Positions 49,116 to 56,865 of a DNA stretch of 64,000 nucleotides are shown in pieces. The notes beneath the pieces were generated by a model. It searched no databases, was not told where the DNA came from, and was given only the letters and a program-made list of their open reading frames with translations. Within the stretch, counting starts at the first letter, position 1, and every line of letters starts with the position of its first letter. Where the stretch lies: positions 975 to 64,974 of the forward strand of contig CABVRO010000005.1 in the NCBI GenBank assembly GCA_902500715.1, read 5' to 3'. The position numbers and the translations under genes are program-made. The stretch is from an uncultured Nitrospira sp. GTDB lineage: Bacteria > Nitrospirota > Nitrospiria > Nitrospirales > Nitrospiraceae.

Positions 49116-50627
49116 ATGAAGTACGGGGGGATGTGTGTCTTGAAATGGTCTGCCGCGACGCTCGGCATCGCCGGCGCGCTCCTATTCTTGCCGCTGCAGG
49201 CATCGGCGGGCGCGAACGAGGCCGCGCCGATGGTAGTAGCCCAGGGGCCCTTTCAATCCAGCCAGGCGCTCTCCGCCATGGAGACGGTCCCGCAGGCGAT
49301 ACCCACTGCGAATAGTACCGACCGAGAAACATCGGGTCAGCGGCTCTCGATCGAGAGCACCTCGCTCGAAAGCCTGTTGCTCGAGAAAGGCGTGATCACG
49401 CAGGAAGACTGGATCCGTCTCAAGGCCGAGGAAGAACGTCGGGTGTTCGAACAGTCGTCGGAATTGCAGATGTCCGGTAATCCGCGCTGGTACGAACGGA
49501 TCCGCATGACCGGGTACATCCAATACAAGTACAATATGGCGGCCACGAATCGCCTGTTCGACAATCCTCTGGGCGACAGCTTCGGCGACCAGCAGGGCAA
49601 TGAATTTTACATCCGCCGGATGCGGCTGGTGTTCCAGGGGCAAGTGTCGGAACGGGTGGCCTTCTTCATGCAGTTCGCGCTCGAAGGTGGGCAACAGACG
49701 CCGGCAAACAATGAAATGATCGACGCCATGGTGGATTACTACCTCACCAAGGACAAGGTGCACCGCTTCCGCTTCGGTCTCCAACGCGTGCCCAACGCAT
49801 TCGATACCTACCGGTCGAGCACAAACCGGCAGGAAATGGACCGGCACGAATCCATTCAGAGCGGCGCGCCGGGTGAACGCGATCTGGGCGTGGCCTACTA
49901 CTGGAGTCCGAAGGTCGCCCAGGAGCGGTTTACTCAACTGGCCGCGTATCACAACGGGCCCGGCGACTATGGCGTGTTCGGGATCATGGTCTACAACGGA
50001 CAAGGCAGGAGCCGGTTGGAGTTAAACAAGGATAAACATATCGGCGCCAAACTCTCCTATCCCTTCCAATTCCGGAACGGTCGGCTGCTCGAAGCCGGTG
50101 TGCTCGGCTACCATGGCGTGTTTTCCGTACAGGGAGCCAGTCAGCCTACGGTCGCCAGTGCTGCCCGCTGTCTCAGCACCCTGACCTCGGAAAGCGGCTG
50201 CGATATCAAGGATCAGCGAATCACGGCCTATGTCTGGACCCCGCCGCAACCTTGGGGAATCTTGGCCGAGTTCACCGTGGGGCGTGGACCGAAACGGAAT
50301 GCGCAGACCAACTTCATCGAAGAGAGCAACGTCGTCGGCGGATATGTGCAAGGCTACTATACCTGGCGTTACTCGGATGTCGGCATGTTGACGCCCTATG
50401 TGCGCTACGGTGAATACTACGGCGGTTTCAAAGCGATCAACGGGGCACCGGACGGCCAATCCCGCACCTGGAATATCGGTCTGGTATGGGAGCCGGATAC
50501 GCATTTCAGAGTGGTGGCGGAGTGGATGTCCAAGGACGGTTTGAACAGCACACTGGTCGCGAACCGTGCCCAAAACGACTTCGACGCCTCGCAGATGCGA
50601 TTCATGACGCAATGGTTCTGGAACTAA
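49116..50627 (+). CDS. Outer-membrane porin, OprO/OprP (phosphate-selective)-like
   Basis: Signal peptide, IRRMRL.FQG, D..VDY, beta-barrel alternation with aromatic C-terminus (QWFWN); Pho-island context. Confidence 0.78.
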   Translation: MKYGGMCVLKWSAATLGIAGALLFLPLQASAGANEAAPMVVAQGPFQSSQALSAMETVPQAIPTANSTDRETSGQRLSIESTSLESLLLEKGVITQEDWIRLKAEEERRVFEQSSELQMSGNPRWYERIRMTGYIQYKYNMAATNRLFDNPLGDSFGDQQGNEFYIRRMRLVFQGQVSERVAFFMQFALEGGQQTPANNEMIDAMVDYYLTKDKVHRFRFGLQRVPNAFDTYRSSTNRQEMDRHESIQSGAPGERDLGVAYYWSPKVAQERFTQLAAYHNGPGDYGVFGIMVYNGQGRSRLELNKDKHIGAKLSYPFQFRNGRLLEAGVLGYHGVFSVQGASQPTVASAARCLSTLTSESGCDIKDQRITAYVWTPPQPWGILAEFTVGRGPKRNAQTNFIEESNVVGGYVQGYYTWRYSDVGMLTPYVRYGEYYGGFKAINGAPDGQSRTWNIGLVWEPDTHFRVVAEWMSKDGLNSTLVANRAQNDFDASQMRFMTQWFWN

Positions 50628-50643
50628 CGAGAGCCTAGTCTGT

Positions 50644-50679
50644 GGCGGGCGTCCGGAGTTTATGTCCAGGACGCCCGCC
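50644..50679 (+). terminator. GC-rich hairpin after the porin
   Basis: GGCGGGCGTCC / GGACGCCCGCC 11-bp stem with no clear U-tract. Confidence 0.45.
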
Positions 50680-50718
50680 TCACTACTCGTCTAGCCCGCC
50701 AGGGGCCTTCTCGACATC

Positions 50719-50796
50719 CGTGAATCGTGAAGCGTATCTCGCGAGGATCCTCACCCGTGCTGTCACGCGAAATGAACGACGCTTCACGAACGACGG
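50719..50796. repeat. Palindromic intergenic repeat, family C
   Basis: TCGTGAAGCGT / ACGCTTCACGA stem. The 21-mer TGAATCGTGAAGCGTATCTCG (50721-50741) recurs exactly at 61674-61694. Confidence 0.6.
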
Positions 50797-51026
50797 GTGA
50801 TGAGGGTAGCCGACTAGCCCACGACCATTGTCTTCACATCAATAATCTCGTCCCCGCTCTTCACGAACACATCCCTTACAGACACCGACAGGCCGTTGCG
50901 ACAAACCGGCTTGCCGGCGGACGAGCTCGCCTGGCCTAGCCTCAACAGCCGACCTGACGCAGGCCTTGGCCTCTCGGCGCTCCGCCTCCGGCTATGAGCA
51001 ACGATTCCATTCGTCACAGGATGCGG

Positions 51027-51067
51027 GCCGCCAACCGACGAGACGTGTTGGCTTCTCGGTTGGCGGC
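51027..51067. terminator. Hairpin downstream of the lipoprotein gene
   Basis: GCCGCCAACCGA / TCGGTTGGCGGC 12-bp stem. Confidence 0.45.
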
Positions 51068-51090
51068 ATGATTCTAAGATCTGAAACGAA

Positions 51091-51786
51091 TTACTGTGTT
51101 GAATGTACGGCCGAGGATTTGGGCTCGGCGGACAGCCGCCGGAGGTCGATGGCGAGAATGCGGCCTTCGTCGATATAGGGCCAGGAGGGTCGTTTATCGG
51201 CTGCGGCCAGAGCCGAAGGCTGCGCGAATTCAAGTCGAAAACTTGTGCGCGCAATCGGAACGAGCGGACTGTCGATCGGATCAAAATCCGTCACCATGTT
51301 TTGGTTCATGCCATCGGTGGGGAGCGTCCGATCGTTGGCGAGGACAACCATCAGATACCCGTCCTGGACGAACATCCCGCCGGACGTGATGGCCAGCCCG
51401 GTGTTGTTGTCGGAAAAACGACGGTAAAACGTCACCAGTTCATCGGGCTTGGCTTCAGTCAGCGCCCGGCTGAGTCTCGGGGCCAAGACCTGGATTTCAG
51501 TGGATGCAAAGGCGAGCTTGGGGCTAGCCTGTCCCGAGATCAAGGACCCGATGAATCCGGATCGCGGAAAGACACGCAGGCCGCCCAGCACCTGCGCCAT
51601 CTGTTCCGGGGAGATGTCGGCCGGGTGCTGATGGCTGGATCGCGCACGGTCATCCACGTACAGCCGGATCGCGGTGATGGGATCTTGATACGAGGTGCGT
51701 GGCGGCGGCGGCGTGGTGCAGCCGAAGTGGGCCGCGGCGGCAAGGAGCAAGGGGAGGATGACGGTTCGACGCAACATGGGATCCAT
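51091..51786 (-). CDS. Lipoprotein of unknown function
   Basis: Lipobox-like HFGC after a hydrophobic stretch; GGAG RBS before ATG 51786. Confidence 0.75.
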   Translation of the reverse strand: MDPMLRRTVILPLLLAAAAHFGCTTPPPPRTSYQDPITAIRLYVDDRARSSHQHPADISPEQMAQVLGGLRVFPRSGFIGSLISGQASPKLAFASTEIQVLAPRLSRALTEAKPDELVTFYRRFSDNNTGLAITSGGMFVQDGYLMVVLANDRTLPTDGMNQNMVTDFDPIDSPLVPIARTSFRLEFAQPSALAAADKRPSWPYIDEGRILAIDLRRLSAEPKSSAVHSTQ

Positions 51787-51867
51787 TCCTGTTCTCCAGT
51801 CTCTGGTTCGTGGGAACGCATGATCGGTGGTCACGAACATCGGGGGCCGAATCGCGCGCATCATACC

Positions 51868-51911
51868 AAAAAAAACAGAAAAGGGAGCGCCTTTTGCACC
51901 AGGCGCTCCCT
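51868..51911 (-). terminator. Intrinsic terminator of the PstS paralog
   Basis: On the minus strand: AGGGAGCGCC...GGCGCTCCCT followed by TTTCTGTTTTTTT. Confidence 0.8.
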
Positions 51912-51948
51912 GTCCGTTCCCTCGTCGCAGATGCGATGGAAAAGGGGG

Positions 51949-53109
51949 TTACCGTATTCGTTGTTCGGCGACCTGCAGGTCCTGAGGTGGGACGGTGACC
52001 ATCGCTCCTTTGTCCAGCCCCAGCTCCTGGCGATTCTTCGCCACCTGCGTCGAGGTCAGCGGATAGAAGTTCGCCCGCGCCACGGTTTCCTGTCCCTGGC
52101 GGCTGTTCACAAAGGCCAGAAACTCTTCCACGACCGGATCCAGTTTGTCCTTCGGGCCCTTCTTCACATAGAGGTACAACGAACGGCCCAACGGATAGGC
52201 ACCGGAGGTGACGGTCTCGATCGACGGCAACAGGGCCGGTCCTTCGGGCTGGGCGGCAATGGGCACCTGGCGTACGGCTGAAATGTCGAAACCGGCGCCG
52301 GCATAGCCCAGACCAAGCGGGTCTTGGGCGATCGCAATGATCTCCGAAGCCGAGCCCGGTTGTTCGACCACGTCGTCCACGAGTTCCCCGTCCTTCAGGG
52401 CGACATGTTTAAAAAACTCCCTGGTGCCGGAGCGCTTGTCTCGCCCGTACAGGTGAACCGGCTGTTTGGCCAGCGCGGAGTTGCCCATTCCGATTTGACT
52501 CCAATTGGTGATGGGGTCAAGGCCGCGTTTATGATCTTTTCCGAAAATAGCATCCACTTCCGCCAAGGTCAGGCGCTGAAGAGGGTTGTCCTTGTTCACA
52601 TAGATCGCGACTGCATCCATGGCGATAGGTACTTCCAAGGGGCGATAGCCATAATTGGATTCGAAGCCCTTGGATTCATCTTCCGTCAACTGCCGGGAAG
52701 AGGCCAGCAATTCAACCGTAGTGGATCCGGCCGTGCCCCTGCCTTGAACCTTGTCTCCCCGCCGTTGATAGGACAGGCCCAGCAAAAACTCGCGGATGGC
52801 GGCGCTCGACCCGGTTCCCTCGACCGCAATCTGCGCGGCTGGGTGGAGACTGGAGAACTGCGCCGCGAGCTTTGCAATCAGCGGTCGCATGGTGTCCGAC
52901 CCGGCGATGCTCAGTTTCCCCTGGAGGCCGTTATGGTTCACATAGGGCTCGATCGCGGGGTCTACGCTGGGGCTTCCGCCGCCGCTCAATCCCGCGCGCT
53001 CCGCGCGGACCTGAGAGCCCGTCAGGATCAGCATGGCGGCAGCTGCCGCCGCGACCCACGCTTGCGCTCTCGGTCGGTGATGGGAACCTGTCTGCTGCAC
53101 GTGTGCCAT
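51949..53109 (-). CDS. PstS-family phosphate-binding protein paralog
   Basis: GSDT, GSS, SSR, A.DA.AI.VNKDNP, YGR..RSGT and YPL.R.LYLYV motifs. Confidence 0.88.
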   Translation of the reverse strand: MAHVQQTGSHHRPRAQAWVAAAAAAMLILTGSQVRAERAGLSGGGSPSVDPAIEPYVNHNGLQGKLSIAGSDTMRPLIAKLAAQFSSLHPAAQIAVEGTGSSAAIREFLLGLSYQRRGDKVQGRGTAGSTTVELLASSRQLTEDESKGFESNYGYRPLEVPIAMDAVAIYVNKDNPLQRLTLAEVDAIFGKDHKRGLDPITNWSQIGMGNSALAKQPVHLYGRDKRSGTREFFKHVALKDGELVDDVVEQPGSASEIIAIAQDPLGLGYAGAGFDISAVRQVPIAAQPEGPALLPSIETVTSGAYPLGRSLYLYVKKGPKDKLDPVVEEFLAFVNSRQGQETVARANFYPLTSTQVAKNRQELGLDKGAMVTVPPQDLQVAEQRIR

Positions 53110-53225
53110 GTGATGCCTCCGTATGAGTTGTGGATGTCCCGAATGACTGTCGATACCTGTCGTTATCGTGATCGATCGAACCTATTTGAATGTCTCGGAG
53201 GATACGCCGGGCCAATTGCTGCGCT

Positions 53226-53258
53226 ATTAGCGGCTCGTTAACTCCGTGTTAACTCTTC
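53226..53258 (-). promoter_or_regulatory. Pho-box-like repeats (GTTAAC, GTTAAC, GCTAAT) between the divergent PstS paralog and the sORF-psiE unit
   Basis: Exact 11-bp period. The 12-mer GAAGAGTTAACA is identical to one upstream of pstS. Confidence 0.72.
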
Positions 53259-53377
53259 CCGTGCAGCCCGTTCCGAAGAAGTAACCGTCCCGTAATCGGC
53301 CTCTAAGCTGTCTGGAACAGTGGGGTTCTAGACTGTGAGGCGAGAGTGAAGGCGATGGTTCATCAAGGAGGTGCCCG

Positions 53378-53497
53378 ATGCTTTCTGATTTGTTGATGGT
53401 GCCGGTCTCCACCAACGGTACGTTTCTCTTCACGATGCTGCTCCTGGTCGGGCTGTTTGCAGGGTTGTGGTCCGCGATGATCAGGAACGGGTGGTGA
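53378..53497 (+). CDS. Small single-transmembrane protein, 39 aa (MLSDLLMVPVSTNGTFLFTMLLLVGLFAGLWSAMIRNGW)
   Basis: AAGGAGG RBS and one hydrophobic helix; directly upstream of the psiE-like gene. Below the ORF-track cutoff. Confidence 0.62.
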   Translation: MLSDLLMVPVSTNGTFLFTMLLLVGLFAGLWSAMIRNGW

Positions 53498-53546
53498 CAT
53501 TCAGGTCGAAGACCATTTCGGTCGGACAGGAAAGGAATACGAACGC

Positions 53547-54056
53547 ATGACTTACTTTGAGGTCCAGCCACGCATCGGTCGGGTCAACGGTTTCATCGAT
53601 CGGCTCCTGGACACCGATCTCACCGAACTCTGGACGAAGGGAATCAAGGCAGTCCTCAGTCTGCTTATTCTGACCATCCTCATGGCGCTCACCGGCGGGG
53701 TCGTCAAAACGTTTCTGGATATCGGACTGCTGCTGCATGCTCCGGTGGAGATCGGGCTCCGGCAGATCATCGTCGATACGTTGATCCTGCTCGCCGTGGT
53801 GGAGGTGTTCAAAACCACGCTGACCTATTTTTCGGAAGGTCGCGTCAAGGTCACCTTCATCGTCGATACCATCCTCGTGGTCATGCTGACGGAAATCATT
53901 TCTCTCTGGTTCAAGGATGCAGACCACATGAAGTTGCTCTCGCTCGGAGCCATTCTCCTCGCGCTCGGGGCGATCCGGGTGGTGGCGGTGCGTTGTTCGC
54001 CGGCGCAGGGCGACGGAACCGGGAGAGGATTCTTCTGCAGCCGCGAAGAAATGTAG
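53547..54056 (+). CDS. Phosphate-starvation-inducible PsiE family membrane protein
   Basis: Four TM helices with L.LLAVVEVFKT..YF..GRV.V pattern; Pho-island context. Confidence 0.8.
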   Translation: MTYFEVQPRIGRVNGFIDRLLDTDLTELWTKGIKAVLSLLILTILMALTGGVVKTFLDIGLLLHAPVEIGLRQIIVDTLILLAVVEVFKTTLTYFSEGRVKVTFIVDTILVVMLTEIISLWFKDADHMKLLSLGAILLALGAIRVVAVRCSPAQGDGTGRGFFCSREEM

Positions 54057-54079
54057 CGGCGAGATGATCCCACAAGCGA

Positions 54080-54107
54080 GTTAACGGAAAATTGAAGTGA
54101 GGTTAAG
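54080..54107 (+). promoter_or_regulatory. Pho-box-like repeats (GTTAAC, ATTGAA, GTTAAG)
   Basis: Hexamers start at 54080, 54091 and 54102. Confidence 0.5.
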
Positions 54108-54217
54108 TTCAGAGATACACGAGTTCCTCATACTGATTCCTGTCTCTGCTCGTTCGATCCACGGTTGCCCGGGTCTGCGAATCGGGTTAGTGAATCAATC
54201 CAACCAGGAGGCGCGCC

Positions 54218-54457
54218 ATGGTGCATCCAGACATTTCCCCCACCAGCGAAGGTCTGATTCTCGATCTCTTAGGCCTGCGAAAGTCACTAACGCTTGAACA
54301 GGTCGTGACCCTGCTGCCGGAGCTCAGTTGGAACCAGGTTTTTAAGACCGTCGACGAGCTGAGCCGGCGCGGAGAGATCATCCTGATTCGAAGGGGCTTC
54401 GAGTACGAGATCGAACGGATATCGTCGAAGGCGCGGGTCTTAGCCTGCGCCGGCTGA
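54218..54457 (+). CDS. Small hypothetical protein, possible winged helix
   Basis: AGGAGG RBS. LTLEQVVTLLPELSWNQVF..VD.LSR.G.I.L is HTH-plus-wing-like (inference). Confidence 0.7.
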   Translation: MVHPDISPTSEGLILDLLGLRKSLTLEQVVTLLPELSWNQVFKTVDELSRRGEIILIRRGFEYEIERISSKARVLACAG

Positions 54458-54566
54458 TCCTTGTGTGGCGGGTCTCAGGCGACACCCTGAGAGAGCCTGT
54501 CCCTGCCTGGTGGTCGTGGGTGAATGCCGCAGCGTTCCGAGTGAGGCGGTCGTCCGGCCGGAAGTC

Positions 54567-55271
54567 TCAGGTTGGCCTCGGATGGGCCAGGAAGCGATAA
54601 CGAGACCCCGGCAGAATCTCAATCGATCCCGTCCCGCTGTTCTCCAGCTTTCGTCGAAGAAAGCGCACACGGTGCTCCAGTTCTTCTCTGCTTGTGCTCC
54701 TGAACTCCTCGCCTGGAAGCTTCAGCAATTCATCGCCGCGCACTAATTCCCCATCCCGAGTCAGCTGATACTGAAGCAGCTTCAATTCGGTGTTCGAAAC
54801 GGTGAGTTGTCGTTTCTGCAAGGTCAGGACGAAGTAAGGCCCTTCCATTGTGATGGAGGTATCGGAAAAGAGCACAGGATCCTCACGACGTGTCTCATGG
54901 ACTCTGCGCAGCACGGCCTGAACGCGGGACACGACTTCCCTCGGGCTGAACGGCTTCACCACATAGTCGTCTGCTCCCATTTCAAGGCCGGCAATACGGT
55001 CTGCTTCAGTTCCGACGGCCGTGAGCATGATGATCGGGATATGGCGCGTAGACGGTGTGCGTCGGACTAATCGGCAAACCTCATGGCCGCTCAGACCCGG
55101 TAGCATGAGGTCGAGCAGAATCAACGAAGGCCGCAATCGCTGCGCGTCACGCCATCCGCTCTCACCATCCGCGGCAAGCGTCGTCGCGAATTGGGCCTGG
55201 CGCAACGCGCGGTCCAGGAGGTCGGCGTGGAGCGGCTCGTCTTCGATGATTTGGACGATCGAAGAACCCAT
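54567..55271 (-). CDS. OmpR/PhoB-family response regulator with intact receiver and diverged DNA-binding domain
   Basis: IIEDE, LLDLMLPGLSG, MLTA, GADDYVVKPF receiver motifs; C-terminal wHTH recognisable but atypical. Confidence 0.88.
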   Translation of the reverse strand: MGSSIVQIIEDEPLHADLLDRALRQAQFATTLAADGESGWRDAQRLRPSLILLDLMLPGLSGHEVCRLVRRTPSTRHIPIIMLTAVGTEADRIAGLEMGADDYVVKPFSPREVVSRVQAVLRRVHETRREDPVLFSDTSITMEGPYFVLTLQKRQLTVSNTELKLLQYQLTRDGELVRGDELLKLPGEEFRSTSREELEHRVRFLRRKLENSGTGSIEILPGSRYRFLAHPRPT

Positions 55272-55759
55272 AGCGACGGACCCTACAGTTGACCCGTTTC
55301 AGCTTCCTCAAGGCCGCATTGCGAAGATGTTACTTCGATAGCCACAGACCCGGCACTTCAGCCGTAGCGCGTACGGCTGCTTCGCAACTGTCCAGGAATG
55401 GTCCGATGTAACCGGATGTTAAAGAAACGGTGAGTCTCATGAAATGTCACGCTCCTATGCTGGCCTCCCAACATGGAGGAGAGCGAGTTGTTTTCATGGA
55501 GCCATAGTCGGACGCCCCTGCCCTCGGAGCAAGGCAGCGCCAACCTTACTCTTACGGTCTTGGGTCCGTTCATGACGATTCACCTCGTGAGCGCCGGATC
55601 AGGCGCGCCTTCTGACCTTGCGCAGGCCAACGAGTCCGCACGAGCCGATCCCCTGTAAGGACAGCCAGAGGACCGGCAAGACTGCAACACAGAGTCTTGG
55701 GCTCAGTCGTGGCACCATCGGCTGCTCAGCACAACCAGCAGCCGGAGCCCCATGTCGCA

Positions 55760-55782
55760 GAAGAGTTAACAGCTATTTAATA
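55760..55782 (+). promoter_or_regulatory. Pho-box-like repeats upstream of pstS (TTAACA-N5-TTAATA)
   Basis: Hexamers at 55766 and 55777; shares GAAGAGTTAACA with the 53247-53258 site. Confidence 0.72.
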
Positions 55783-55845
55783 GAGTAGCGATCTCGCTGA
55801 AATCGTCGGTTCCTACATTGTAGCTCCCGACAGGAGGGAGACCAT

Positions 55846-56865
55846 ATGCGTCCCGAGTCGAGTACCGTTCGTGAATCGGAAAGCTGGCATCCGCTGACGA
55901 CCGTCCTCGTGTTTTCGATTCTCTATGCGCTGATCGTGATGCCGGCCGCCTGCGCCGGACAAGCGAACGGCGCCGACACCACGTTACGACCCTATCAAAA
56001 GGTCAGCGGCGTGTCCGGGACGATCAACAGCATCGGTTCCGACACCTTGAACAACTTGATTACGTTGTGGGCCGAAGGATTCCGGAAACAATATCCCAAT
56101 GTGAAAATTCAAGTCGAGGGGAAGGGGTCCAGCACGGCGCCGCCTGCGCTCATTGAAAACACGGCTCAACTCGGTCCCATGTCGCGGACGATGAAGTCGA
56201 GCGAGATCGACGCATTCGAAACGAAGTTCGGGTACCCGCCGACTGCCTACCCTGTCGCGGTGGATGCCTTGGCGCTCTTCGTCAATAAGGACAATCCGAT
56301 CAAGGGACTCACGGTTACAGAGGTGGACGCGCTGTTTTCCAAATCCCGGAGGCAGGGCCATGCGGTCGAACTGATCAAGTGGGGACAACTCGGATTGACC
56401 GGAGACTGGGCCGCTGCGCCTGTCAGTCTCTATGGCCGCAATTCTGCTTCCGGCACATACGGATTTTTCAAGGAACATGCACTCAAGAATGGCGACTTCA
56501 AGGATCAGGTGAAGGAACAACCCGGCTCTGCCTCGGTGGTGCAAGGGATCAGCGAAGATCGATACGGCATCGGGTACAGCGGGATCGGCTACACCACGTC
56601 CGGGGTGAAAATGCTTCCGCTGGCGGCGAAGGCCGGCCAACCATTGATCGAACCCACCCAGGCGAATACGCGGAACGGCACCTATCCGCTCTGGCGATAC
56701 TTGTACATCTACGTGAATCAGGCTCCGGGAAAACCCCTCTCGCCCATCGTGAAAGAGTTTCTGGCCTACGTGTACAGCAGGGAGGGGCAAGCTGACGTGC
56801 TGAGGGACGGCTACTTCCCGGTCGATGCCATCTTGGCTGAGAAGCAGCTGAGCCAGATCCGGTAA
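55846..56865 (+). CDS. pstS: Phosphate ABC transporter substrate-binding protein
   Basis: GSDTL, GKGSSTAPPAL, PMSR, YGRNSASGTY, QPGSASVVQ and GYSGIGY motifs. Confidence 0.95.
   Translation: MRPESSTVRESESWHPLTTVLVFSILYALIVMPAACAGQANGADTTLRPYQKVSGVSGTINSIGSDTLNNLITLWAEGFRKQYPNVKIQVEGKGSSTAPPALIENTAQLGPMSRTMKSSEIDAFETKFGYPPTAYPVAVDALALFVNKDNPIKGLTVTEVDALFSKSRRQGHAVELIKWGQLGLTGDWAAAPVSLYGRNSASGTYGFFKEHALKNGDFKDQVKEQPGSASVVQGISEDRYGIGYSGIGYTTSGVKMLPLAAKAGQPLIEPTQANTRNGTYPLWRYLYIYVNQAPGKPLSPIVKEFLAYVYSREGQADVLRDGYFPVDAILAEKQLSQIR

Noticed and set aside
50814-50900. Protein-like tail (DVFVKSGDEIIDVKTMVVG) of the minus-strand ORF 50814-51284
   Set aside because: The ORF overlaps the lipoprotein gene and a hairpin, and I found no credible start or RBS for a short version.
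55405-55423. GATGTAACC-GGA-TGTTAAA resembling the imuB operator
   Set aside because: Only the left half matches well; it is equally explained as a weak Pho-box half-site or chance.
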